The notes under the pieces are model-generated. The model made no database searches. It saw only the letters and a program-made list of their open reading frames with translations, and was not told where the DNA came from. From the sequence record OP380604.1: a stretch of 64,000 nt of DNA; one strand, given 5' to 3'. A program made the translations under genes and the position numbers. Positions 14,138-23,900 of the stretch are shown in pieces; position 1 is the stretch's first letter; each line of letters starts with the position of its first letter.

Positions 14138-14416
14138 ATGGAATTTCTAACTGAGAAAAAACTCCGCAATCTGACTACCGAACGTCTGAATGCACTGCGT
14201 AAAACTGTGTTGAAGTCTCGCGCTGCTGCACAATATCATGCAGATCAACAGGATTGTTCCGATGCAGATCGCGAACGCGCTCATAATCTGGCCGAGTATT
14301 ACGATTTGATCAAGTCTATCATGGAAGAGCGTGAGCACATCGAAAAACCAGCCAAAGACAAGTCTCGTCCTCGTCGCGACGGACGTAACGTAAAACGTTC
14401 TTGGGATAGTGAGTGA
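14138..14416 (+). CDS. Hypothetical basic protein
   Basis: 92 aa, AGGA RBS. Confidence 0.75.
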   Translation: MEFLTEKKLRNLTTERLNALRKTVLKSRAAAQYHADQQDCSDADRERAHNLAEYYDLIKSIMEEREHIEKPAKDKSRPRRDGRNVKRSWDSE

Positions 14417-14432
14417 TCAGTTAAGATAAATT

Positions 14433-14455
14433 AAGGCACCTTCGGGTGCCTTTTT
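14433..14455 (+). terminator. Intrinsic terminator
   Basis: AAGGCACC-TTCG-GGTGCCTTTTT. Confidence 0.9.
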
Positions 14456-14466
14456 CGTTTTGGTGC

Positions 14467-14494
14467 TTGACATGCCAATCTAACCTGCTATTAT
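14467..14494 (+). promoter_or_regulatory. Early promoter
   Basis: TTGACA-N16-TATTAT. Confidence 0.75.
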
Positions 14495-14522
14495 GGACAT
14501 ATCCAAACGAGAGGAACAAATC

Positions 14523-14777
14523 ATGACCTATATTCAAGAAGTTATCGCAACTCGTCCAGCGGACCACGAATTCAAATACATGCTGCTGAGTCGTATGAAA
14601 TCCGATTGTGAGTTCTTTCTAGGATACGGAAATCGTTCTGAATCTCGCCTGTGGGCTGGCAGTGTTGACGAACAAATCGAAAGCATGAAAGCTCTGTATA
14701 ACAGCTTCGAAACCAAGCCCGAGTGGATCACTATGCAGATGATCGAGGAATACGAAACTGATATGAAAGGGGAATAA
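14523..14777 (+). CDS. LPD11 (large polyvalent protein-associated domain 11)-like protein
   Basis: FKYMLLSRMKSDCEFFLGYG..RLWAGSVDEQIESMKALY..KPEWIT...IEEYE. Confidence 0.75.
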   Translation: MTYIQEVIATRPADHEFKYMLLSRMKSDCEFFLGYGNRSESRLWAGSVDEQIESMKALYNSFETKPEWITMQMIEEYETDMKGE

Positions 14778-14778
14778 C

Positions 14779-15174
14779 ATGGACGAAAAGAAAAAGCGTA
14801 TCAAGCAAATAGACAATCAATATCTGGATGTAGTTGGCGTCCGTAGAATTACCTACTGGACGCAAGTCATGAAGCTTCGTATGCCACGGGCGTTTGAACT
14901 TGATCGACTCATGATGATTCTGAAAGGCTACTATTCAGATTTCTCCGAGCAAGATGAAAGCTTTGTCCCAGTAACGATGATCGAGTTTCTGAAACACGAT
15001 AAACGACCATTCGGTAGTAAAGCAAAGTGGCAGTCTATCGCTTACAATCTTGGTTGGGACTACGGCCGTTGTCTATGTTTCGATCTACTGGATTTACCTG
15101 AATTTGTTGAACTAGAAGCCAAATCTCTGTATACTGGACTCATTGAAATTCTGGAGAATGAAAATGCACACTAA
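14779..15174 (+). CDS. Hypothetical protein
   Basis: 131 aa, tiling. Confidence 0.7.
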   Translation: MDEKKKRIKQIDNQYLDVVGVRRITYWTQVMKLRMPRAFELDRLMMILKGYYSDFSEQDESFVPVTMIEFLKHDKRPFGSKAKWQSIAYNLGWDYGRCLCFDLLDLPEFVELEAKSLYTGLIEILENENAH

Positions 15175-15730
15175 AGCAACCGATAGCATTGCCGAAATGC
15201 TGAAAGAAATTGGAGCAACGTTCCGTTATCGTGATGTTATCATGGGTACTGGTAACCCGAAGAACGTTTACGCTATTTCTAAGGTAGTGGAAAATCAAGA
15301 AGTCTATCACGTTTGCTTCTTTGATCTGGATGGAAAGTTCGATGGACGTTATTTGGGTCGAATTCCACTCTCGTTTCTGCGCACACTAGAGCACAACGAC
15401 ACGATTTTGGTAGACGTTGATGTTCCTAACGAAAGCAACTGTGATTGGATTCACATTCGAGTTTACGCGAATGATCGAGGAGTCAAAACCTATCGAACAC
15501 CAATTCGCAATCCTAGCGATAATAGCAAGTCCGTTCAAATCGCGAATGTTATAGGCACTACTGTATCACAAACAGTATTAAAATCGGACCTCGAAAAAGA
15601 AGAAAAGAAACTGGTTGAAATTGCTGCCAAATCATTCTATAATAAAATGGTAATCGAGACTCGCCTTGCAAGAGACGAACAACTGAAAACTCTAGCTGAC
15701 CTTCTTGGAGTAAAATATGTTTCTGAATGA
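15164..15730 (+). CDS. Hypothetical protein
   Basis: GGAG RBS, ATG 15164. Confidence 0.75.
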   Translation: MHTKATDSIAEMLKEIGATFRYRDVIMGTGNPKNVYAISKVVENQEVYHVCFFDLDGKFDGRYLGRIPLSFLRTLEHNDTILVDVDVPNESNCDWIHIRVYANDRGVKTYRTPIRNPSDNSKSVQIANVIGTTVSQTVLKSDLEKEEKKLVEIAAKSFYNKMVIETRLARDEQLKTLADLLGVKYVSE

Positions 15731-15944
15731 AATGTTACCAGAAAATGCACGTAACGGTCTTCGCATTCAAGGCAAACCGAAGTCAATGAGTGATCATGAT
15801 TTCAAAAATGCCCGTCGTGTTATGATGAACCTGATTAAACATCATGATATCATCATGCGACTGATTGAAGATGCGGCGTTTGATTGCAAAGACGAAACCG
15901 AACTAGCGGCACTGTCGCAAATTCACAGAGATCTAACTGTATGA
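15717..15944 (+). CDS. Hypothetical protein
   Basis: 75 aa, tiling. Confidence 0.65.
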   Translation: MFLNEMLPENARNGLRIQGKPKSMSDHDFKNARRVMMNLIKHHDIIMRLIEDAAFDCKDETELAALSQIHRDLTV

Positions 15945-16132
15945 TCATATTCGGTTGGATTGTCCTTGTCGTTATTGCTGTTGTTGTCTCGTTCGCTACC
16001 GCCTTTGGTACATATGCGCAACTTGCGTTGAGCGGCAAGATTGATATTGGAACTCTTATCCCAGTTGTAGCAAGCGGCGCACTTTGGTACGGTGTTTGCG
16101 TAAACTGCCCATTTATGTTAGTAATGAACTAA
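15941..16132 (+). CDS. Small membrane protein
   Basis: Two hydrophobic segments; ATGA overlap. Confidence 0.65.
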   Translation: MIIFGWIVLVVIAVVVSFATAFGTYAQLALSGKIDIGTLIPVVASGALWYGVCVNCPFMLVMN

Positions 16133-16142
16133 GGAAATAAAA

Positions 16143-16400
16143 ATGATTGATACTCGAATGAAAGTAGACGGCAAGTGGAATTTCAAGGTAGACAATGTTA
16201 TCTATCTTCTGCTGATGTTTCTAGGCTATTCATACATTTTCATGGATCTGTATGCTGGCTATGAAAACTATCAAGTGGAAGGCTCATTTGTAATCTCTGC
16301 TATGTCGTTCTTTGTGTTTCTGTGGATGATGGTAATCTCCCAGCGCCGTCATATTGATCGACTCTATGCGATGATCAAATCTCTGGAGAATCGGGGTTAA
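16143..16400 (+). CDS. Small membrane protein
   Basis: Two hydrophobic segments; AAGGA RBS. Confidence 0.7.
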   Translation: MIDTRMKVDGKWNFKVDNVIYLLLMFLGYSYIFMDLYAGYENYQVEGSFVISAMSFFVFLWMMVISQRRHIDRLYAMIKSLENRG

Positions 16401-16416
16401 TTCCCCGATTTTTATA

Positions 16417-16689
16417 ATGAATCTACTTAACTATTTCAAGCGCAAATCGAAACTCAAGAAGTATGATGTTACTGTTTGGGTTAAACGTCGCGATTTTATG
16501 AGTTGCATTGTTCTTATTGGTGAGATAAAATTCACTGTAGAATCCGATGTTGAGCCACATGCGGAGAAAATGCGAAATCATCAAGACGTTATTGATTGCA
16601 TTCAAGCAGATTTGAAACGTCGGAACAAAGACTCAGATAACTACTGGTTAGAAGAATATCACGAGGAAGTAAATGATCAAGGTAATTAA
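16417..16689 (+). CDS. Hypothetical protein
   Basis: 90 aa. Confidence 0.65.
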   Translation: MNLLNYFKRKSKLKKYDVTVWVKRRDFMSCIVLIGEIKFTVESDVEPHAEKMRNHQDVIDCIQADLKRRNKDSDNYWLEEYHEEVNDQGN

Positions 16690-17314
16690 AGCAAGTGCCG
16701 GTGCAGGCAAGACTAGCAAAGCTATTGAACTTGCGGTAGAAGAAGCGAAGAAAGGCAAGTATGTCGTCTTTTTGAACAACGAAGAAACCCAAGAAAGTAT
16801 CATTGGTAAAATCTCAGATATCGATACCGAATTTGGCGACGGTGAAATCGCTGTTGGTGAAGTTGACGGCGTAACTATGAGTGCCCTACAGGACGCGGTT
16901 CATAACGCTGTGGTAGAGCTTGGCAGAGAGCGTAAAATCGATGTTATAGTTCTGGACTTCTCCGGTTATGCAGATTTCAACGGCTCTGCAAATCGACTGC
17001 TGAAATTTATGTCTTACATCAAGAGGATTGAAGTAGTTCATGAAATCGATGTTATTTTCACTATACAAGTGATTAACAAGACCAAACGTGTAACTCGTCC
17101 GAAAGTTACCGAGATCTGGCAAGATCGTGAAGTCAAGTCGAAAGACGGTAAAACTCCGCCATGTTTCGATAACATCGATATGGTTTCAATCGACGTAACT
17201 AAGGCGAGTCCTATGCTGCCAAATCGCGATTCTCAGATTGTGATTTATCAGGATATGGAAGGTATCTACGTCGGTAAGTTTGTTGATTCCAAATATTACG
17301 GATGTAAAGCGTGA
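16673..17314 (+). CDS. RecA/DnaB-like P-loop NTPase
   Basis: ASAGAGKTS Walker A, VVFLNNEE, VIVLDFSG Walker B. Confidence 0.7.
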   Translation: MIKVIKASAGAGKTSKAIELAVEEAKKGKYVVFLNNEETQESIIGKISDIDTEFGDGEIAVGEVDGVTMSALQDAVHNAVVELGRERKIDVIVLDFSGYADFNGSANRLLKFMSYIKRIEVVHEIDVIFTIQVINKTKRVTRPKVTEIWQDREVKSKDGKTPPCFDNIDMVSIDVTKASPMLPNRDSQIVIYQDMEGIYVGKFVDSKYYGCKA

Positions 17315-17676
17315 TTCATAAGTGCCTTGACGATCCAAAAATGAATCTCATTAACTATATGTCGAGTGGAATAACAGGCTATACGTTTTTGGGATTCATA
17401 GAAATACAGAAAGATGATTATTGGGGCATCAAAGTTGGCGAACGGACGTTCGCCGCTTGTCATTTGCTCAACGAACGTTCAACATGGCCTGTTTCCGAAG
17501 AAGAAGGAAAAGAGCAAAAATTCATTGACAGCGGACACAATACCGTTCTATATTTCAAGGGAACCGATAACACAAGTTATCTAAAACGGTTTAAATCTAA
17601 AGATAGTGCAATCAAATGGTTTTATAAAACGAAAGTTTTTATTACCGATAACTCCTCTTGCTGGGTGAATAGCTAA
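17311..17676 (+). CDS. Hypothetical protein
   Basis: 121 aa, GTGA overlap. Confidence 0.7.
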   Translation: MIHKCLDDPKMNLINYMSSGITGYTFLGFIEIQKDDYWGIKVGERTFAACHLLNERSTWPVSEEEGKEQKFIDSGHNTVLYFKGTDNTSYLKRFKSKDSAIKWFYKTKVFITDNSSCWVNS

Positions 17677-18062
17677 TGAGAATAGAACGAATTCGAGACC
17701 ACGACGAATATTGCGACGTCGGAGAAGTAACTCATGATTATGTGGAAGTAAGCAAAGAAGAATTTGACAAGCTGCGAGATCTAGCGGAAGATCGCGATGT
17801 AACTGGGTTATGTTCGCCTCCGATTGAATTTCTTTACTCAAAGCGGCTTCATTCTGACGGATGCGAAATTCTTGGCAAAGCGTTTCTGTATGAGTCTGAG
17901 AAACGTCCAGGGGCGCCACGCGAAACAAATCAATATTTGAAGTTGACAGAAATGCCGAAACCTTATAAGCTGGTAACACTGATGAAAGACGATTTGACTT
18001 TGGAGCAACGTCGAGCGTATCGCGAAAGAGTTAAATCCGGTTATTACAAATCAAAAGGGTAA
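17676..18062 (+). CDS. Hypothetical protein
   Basis: 128 aa, TAATG coupling. Confidence 0.7.
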   Translation: MRIERIRDHDEYCDVGEVTHDYVEVSKEEFDKLRDLAEDRDVTGLCSPPIEFLYSKRLHSDGCEILGKAFLYESEKRPGAPRETNQYLKLTEMPKPYKLVTLMKDDLTLEQRRAYRERVKSGYYKSKG

Positions 18063-18065
18063 AAT

Positions 18066-18614
18066 ATGTTTTATCATAAGAGCAATATCAAAGACGTTCC
18101 TGTGGAGCTTGTGGAAATTCACCTCGCCGGTAAGCCGTTCGTTGATGAAGCGAATAACGTCAAGTTCAAAAATTTTGTTCGATACGGAGTGAGCAATGGT
18201 TCCGGAGTATATTCTCCGTTCTATCGTGCTGAATCCGAAGACGGTAAAACCGAGCTTACTTTCCGTCTGTTCGGTGCGTATGAAGTCGAGATTACTCGGG
18301 TATATAAGGATTCCAAAACTTATAGCGTAACTCGTCAACAAATGAAGCCTCTCGGTATTGTTCGCAAAGCAAGCTCCAACGGCTTGTTTGTTGAAAAAGC
18401 AGCATATCGGATCGGTGTCGGTGCTCCACTTGATATCGCCGATGAAGTTGAAAGTCGGAACGGGAAATGCAAAGTTCTGTTGATTACTTCCGATGCCGTT
18501 GTTCTGAGTGATGCTAAAGGTAAGACTATTCTTATCCGTAAGAACGACGAAGGCGCTATGGATGCACATGGAATCGGCTTTGTTGAGCTATGTGAGTCGG
18601 ATAACGAATTTTGA
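18066..18614 (+). CDS. Hypothetical protein
   Basis: 182 aa. Confidence 0.75.
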   Translation: MFYHKSNIKDVPVELVEIHLAGKPFVDEANNVKFKNFVRYGVSNGSGVYSPFYRAESEDGKTELTFRLFGAYEVEITRVYKDSKTYSVTRQQMKPLGIVRKASSNGLFVEKAAYRIGVGAPLDIADEVESRNGKCKVLLITSDAVVLSDAKGKTILIRKNDEGAMDAHGIGFVELCESDNEF

Positions 18615-18928
18615 TCGAGGGCCTTCGGGCCCTTTTGGAGCATAAAATGCATTACGAAACAAAACATTATCTAACGCATCCGGTATTGATAAATCGATTC
18701 GCCTACATTCTGCGAGTTCTGAATGACTTCTATGGCAAAACTAAGTCACAGAAGATCAGAGATACCGAGAGTTTCAAACAGTACAAACGCGACACCTATT
18801 GGCTGTTCACTAAGCTGTGTCCTGAGATCACACAAGATCCAAAGTCCGGTATGGTCGAAGAGTTCTGTTATGAAGGCGGCATGATCTCAATGAAAATTTT
18901 TGTGAGAATAGTTCCGAAAAAAGATTGA
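18611..18928 (+). CDS. Hypothetical protein (start uncertain)
   Basis: 105-aa ORF; hairpin at 5' end suggests later ATG. Confidence 0.6.
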   Translation: MIEGLRALLEHKMHYETKHYLTHPVLINRFAYILRVLNDFYGKTKSQKIRDTESFKQYKRDTYWLFTKLCPEITQDPKSGMVEEFCYEGGMISMKIFVRIVPKKD

Positions 18929-18952
18929 CACGAAATCCATAGCTGTTAATAT
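18925..18952 (+). promoter_or_regulatory. Early promoter
   Basis: TTGACA-N16-TAATAT, leader ACATCAAACGAAC-TGAGGA. Confidence 0.75.
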
Positions 18953-18982
18953 AGCTACATCAAACGAACTGAGGAATAAATC

Positions 18983-19180
18983 ATGATGACTACTGCTGAA
19001 CTGAAAGCAAAACGCGCCAAACGTGGATTCGGTATTGAGAAAGAAGTTTTGATCGAATCTCATGCATTCGCACAACGCGCACTGTCACAAGCTGTTATCA
19101 TGGAACACAAAGAAAATATGGATTTGTTCCGCAGTCATATCAAAGCATACGAAACTCGTATTAACGAAATCACACACTAA
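18983..19180 (+). CDS. Hypothetical protein
   Basis: 65 aa, GAGG RBS. Confidence 0.75.
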   Translation: MMTTAELKAKRAKRGFGIEKEVLIESHAFAQRALSQAVIMEHKENMDLFRSHIKAYETRINEITH

Positions 19181-19189
19181 GGAAATATC

Positions 19190-19807
19190 ATGGCTTATTA
19201 TCTGAAACATCAAGTAGCTCTCCCGAAAGTAGAATACAACTATATCCGACTGATTGACATGAAACCAGGAGAATCGATTTCAATCAAAGATCGTTCTTAT
19301 GTTCTTCTGAATATCGAACGAACTGGTACCAACGTTGAGCCAGTCTACAACCTAGAAGCGAGCGATGAACGTGTTTCTATGCGTATTGTCAACGGCAACG
19401 CTCTGATCACTCGGGTCAACAAAGTTAACTTTGGTATCACCAACGAAAGTATCGAAGTCGGCACAATGGGCTGGGTTAAGCGTGGCGGTTTCTACGCTCA
19501 CAAAGTACGGAAAGTGATGAATCCTGGTCTGATTACAGGTCGTGCTATCGTCGAAGGTGACATGATCGAACTGTACCGGAATAGCGGTACTCGGATCGAA
19601 GTTCTGAAAATGGGCGGTGAGCCTATGATCGACCCGATGACACAAGAATACATCCTGCTGAAAATTATCAGCAAAGACAACAGCAAAGATCAAGTTGTGT
19701 TCCACTCTGTCAAATCCGAAATGGATGATTGCAACCTGCAACGTGTTGCTGGTGATGTTGTCTATGTCAACAACTACATGGAATCAATTATTCCACATCG
19801 TCGTTGA
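19190..19807 (+). CDS. Hypothetical protein
   Basis: 205 aa, AAGGA RBS. Confidence 0.75.
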   Translation: MAYYLKHQVALPKVEYNYIRLIDMKPGESISIKDRSYVLLNIERTGTNVEPVYNLEASDERVSMRIVNGNALITRVNKVNFGITNESIEVGTMGWVKRGGFYAHKVRKVMNPGLITGRAIVEGDMIELYRNSGTRIEVLKMGGEPMIDPMTQEYILLKIISKDNSKDQVVFHSVKSEMDDCNLQRVAGDVVYVNNYMESIIPHRR

Positions 19808-19875
19808 TTTACATAGAAAGTTGAAGTACAATCTGGGCCTATCGAGTAAGGCCCTTTTTCATTTATGAGGATATC

Positions 19876-20778
19876 ATGATCAACATTATCAAAAACACCA
19901 CACAAGCTGCAATCATTGGCGATTGCGTAGGCGCATTCAACGAATTCAATTTCGGCACTAAAGGAAAGAAAAGACTGCGTAACGTAGATCTCGAACTCCT
20001 GAAAACAAAACGCGATGTTTTTAACAATCAATACGGTAACTTCACAGACGATACCACTTGTGCGCTGATCACCATGCGCAACTTCAAATATGGTGAGTTT
20101 GATGTTCCAGCTATTAAGCGCGATATGAAGCGTTGGATCGAGCGTGGTGCGTTTTCTTCCACTGGCGAGTGCTTTGATGTTGGTACAGGTACTGCCTATG
20201 CCATACTCAAGGACCAACCGGTAACAGACCCATCTAAAGGTGCCGGTAACGGCGCGCTCATGCGTATGTATCCAGTCGCGATTGCAACTTACGGTAGAAG
20301 TCCAGAAGATATCGAGCGAATCGTTAAATACATGACGGAGTTTACCCATCCGGTTCCGTTGTGTCTGCATTACTCTATGCTATATGTTCGTATCATGCAT
20401 CGGATATTCGACGGAGTAAACAAAAGGACGCTATCCAAAGAGTTTGGAGCGTATTTCGATGAAGACTCATGCTTGCCTACTGGCTACGTTAAGGACTCGC
20501 TCACAATCGCTTGGAGAGTGTTCCTAGAGTTCGAACACAAAGAGTATGGGATTTTTCTCATAGCAAACATGGGATTAGATAGCGACACAATCGCAAGTAT
20601 CTATGGATCAATGATTGGCGCATATACAACTGTCCAGAACAAAAGTCAAGAGTTTACTCCTTGGCTAGTAGAGAATATCAAACGACAAGATCTAGTTGAT
20701 AGTATTGTTAAAGAGTTCACTCACCGAGTTGTTTGTACAATGATTGATCATTTACCAAGTTATTTGCACAAAAGTTAA
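19876..20778 (+). CDS. ADP-ribosylglycohydrolase (ARH/DraG family)
   Basis: IIGDCVG, FTDDT, GAGNGALMRMYP, THP, GLDSDTIASIYGSMIGA. Confidence 0.92.
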   Translation: MINIIKNTTQAAIIGDCVGAFNEFNFGTKGKKRLRNVDLELLKTKRDVFNNQYGNFTDDTTCALITMRNFKYGEFDVPAIKRDMKRWIERGAFSSTGECFDVGTGTAYAILKDQPVTDPSKGAGNGALMRMYPVAIATYGRSPEDIERIVKYMTEFTHPVPLCLHYSMLYVRIMHRIFDGVNKRTLSKEFGAYFDEDSCLPTGYVKDSLTIAWRVFLEFEHKEYGIFLIANMGLDSDTIASIYGSMIGAYTTVQNKSQEFTPWLVENIKRQDLVDSIVKEFTHRVVCTMIDHLPSYLHKS

Positions 20779-20791
20779 TCAGTTGTAGGAA

Positions 20792-20924
20792 GTCGCGCCA
20801 GCGACTGCGAAGCTAACTCATTGATTACCTTAAGGAAGACAAAATAGATTCTCATTAAAGATCTATAAGAGATTTTATTTTGTCTTTTCTACTCTAGCGG
20901 CTTACGCCGCAGTGCTGGACGCAC
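20792..20924. repeat. Nested-palindrome intergenic element, copy 1
   Basis: Core AAGACAAAATAGATTCTC..GAGATTTTATTTTGTCTT shared with 63661-63795; outer arms CCAGCGACTGCG/CGCAGTGCTGG. Confidence 0.8.
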
Positions 20925-20930
20925 TAAATA
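20924..20930 (+). promoter_or_regulatory. Putative late promoter (CTAAATA)
   Basis: 33 nt upstream of the 1212-aa ART gene. Confidence 0.6.
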
Positions 20931-20963
20931 TAGTAAATTAAAGTTCACCAATGAGGAACATAA

Positions 20964-23900
20964 ATGTTAACAACCAAACAATTATTCGAACGTCAAGAAG
21001 AAGAGGAATACCAACGCTTCTTGGCAGAAAATACCATGTATGATGCCGCAAGCAAGGCAACATTTGTTGATGATGAAACCGCGATCATGAATGCTTTCAT
21101 GTTCAACTTCATCGGTATTCTTGGTAGTTTCAATGCCGCTCGCCAGATGAATCACCTGTCTAGCCTGCGCAAGTATGAGCGTTATTTCAAGAGTGACGGC
21201 CAGTTGATGTTAAAGAATATCGGAGACGATAACCATAACATTTCTCTGGTGTTGAAACTCATGGCTGATAAGAAAATGTTTATCAGTGACGCTAAGGTAA
21301 GCGAAATGACCCGCTTCCTAGTTAAGTGTAAAGCTGGTGTTATTAATACCGTTGATGATGATATCGTCCGTGGTTGGGTAGCAAACATCAAATCTACCGC
21401 GCTGATGAACTTGCATCCTAAGCTCCGTGAGCTGATGAATAAGTTCAAGACCGGAGCTATTAGTCTGATCGACACTTCCAAAGAGTTGCGTCGAGTCTTG
21501 AAGAAATTCCCAGAAGCGGGTGAAGATTTGTGGACAGTTAGTATGTATGTTAAGTATGCGCGCCTTGCTGGTGTAAATACCGTAACTGTCGGTACTGCTG
21601 CTGGTGCAGGTGTTACATCGAATGTAGGTGACGATGATGACGACGACAAGAACGATAACGTGGCACAAGTCCACGCTTCTCCTGACGTCAATGACGTTAC
21701 CGATGATGCTGCTCCGAGCGTCCAGGACGAGCCTGTAGCTGTTCCTGTTCAGCCAGACTATCTGACATATGATCATGAAGCGGGATTGCTCCAATTCATT
21801 TCCAGTCAGATTGAAAAGTGCGTTGATTCTGATACCGGTCTGAGAGGATTACAGGCAATGTCACAGTTGGCTTATCCTACTGTTAGCAATCAAGGACATA
21901 TGGTAACTGGATTCGAGTTTGATCTTACCGACGAAGAACAAGTTGAAATCCATAACAAGTGGCGCCAACGTTATGTGTACACTGTTACCCAGTTGACTGA
22001 AATCGGAAAACGAATCGCTGCATTCCTGTTTATGGATAATTCCACGGGTGTATACGCAATCGAAGAAGCGTTGGAATTGAAAAACGTTGAGTTTCTACGC
22101 AACAACATTTCATTCTTCCGTGGGCTAAAAGAAAAGTACGGCATTCTTGGCAATCAAATTCCGTATTCTGCTTATCAGACTATGGCAATGACTTTTGGCA
22201 ATATTAAGTCTGACCCAACTTGCTGGCTATTCGGATTTAATACTACCGACGTTGCTCTTGAGATTACAAGCGGAAAACTAGGCAAAGCCATGCTTGATCA
22301 TTACAAGGGAAACAACGGCGATAGTATCGTAATTGGTATTCTGGGATACATGCGTGAAATGTCTCCTACTATCCGTCAGATGTATTTCAATTGCCTGTTG
22401 GAAGTAATTTCAACTGCTTATGTCTATATGATGTCCTATTCTAGCTATCTATCGGATGCTTTCAAATCTCTGTTGTTTGACGGCTCATTTGCTGATATGA
22501 TTGGTTGGGATACAGTAACGAGTTACGTGCTGGAAAGATACAAGCAAGTATATCCTCCGTATAAATGGGATTCTTGGAACGCAAATAGCAAAGTTTCGCT
22601 GTGTCGTCATGGACTTGAGTTTCTTTTGACTCCCGCGAATAAAGCTAACGCCGATTTCTCTTTCATCAACGATCATTGGACTAAACTGTACGCACTCGAT
22701 GACGCGGATTTCGTTGATACAATCAAGCGAGTAAAAGACTCTTATAAGGGTTCCGTTGAATATCCACTAGAAAACATGGACGCGGCAGATGTTTCTATGA
22801 TTGCTAAGTGCGTTATTCGTGCTCTTGAACTTGGTATTATTTTCCCGAATCGTGTTAATGCTATGGCTTATAACATGGTACCGAGCATGAAGCAGCGAGT
22901 TAGAGACGCATTGGATGCATATATCACAAAAGATACCAGCGTGGGTTCTTCTTGGGAAGAACAAGAAAACGCTTTGATGTCCGCTGCTTTCATTCATGGC
23001 GAAAGCGACGTTGCTGCTGGTGCTGAATATGTTATCAATAAAATCAAGGGAACTCCAAACGCGGGTGCTAAGACTCGAATTTTCTTTATGTCGAATCGTG
23101 GTACAATGCCTGAATACAGACAAAAGATTTTCCTTGGTGGATACAGAGCACTAGGCAAAGATCTGGACATTTACGATCTTGGCATCAATAAAAACAGTAA
23201 GTATGATAATCTTTACTCCGCTTTCCTGAAATATTATGATTTTGAGGGAGAAGACGCGGTAGAATTCATGAAGCTTGAAGTTAAGAACGGATTTAAGTTC
23301 TTTAACGCCGAGAACGGTAAATCTATCAGTGTTCGTGATCATAAGCAAGGTATGCAACAAGCATTGGTAGACATTATGACTGACGCCGTAGAAACTGATC
23401 CTGCTATCACGGACATTTTCTTCGATAACTTGGAAACATATTATCGTGGTAAAGTGCGAGATCAATTGGCTGCAATCAAGTTTGTTTACGGACAAGTTCT
23501 TGAGGGTCCAATTAACTTGTTCGACAAGTTGGATCGTCGTCGTGTTAAGCAGATGTTTGAGTTTAACGAAATTAACCCAACTGAGTTGGTGAAACAAGCG
23601 AAGATCAAACTCGGCAAGAATGAGAAGTTCACCGATTATATCAAGCGTGTGGAAGCCGAAGCTGCGAAGGGTGACGGTGTTGTTCCAAAAGTTAAAGCAG
23701 TTGACGACAATATTACCAACGAACAGAAATACCTGATTGGTAAGCATTTGATCGATAACTATTACGCTGGTAAACACGGTAACGTTTATCCTCTAATTCT
23801 GCGTAGTATGACCGTGAGTTTCCCAGACGGTGAATTCAAAAAGTTCATGCAAGAACAGATCGACGCTGGTAAACTTGAACAAGTCGTTCCATGTTTCCAC

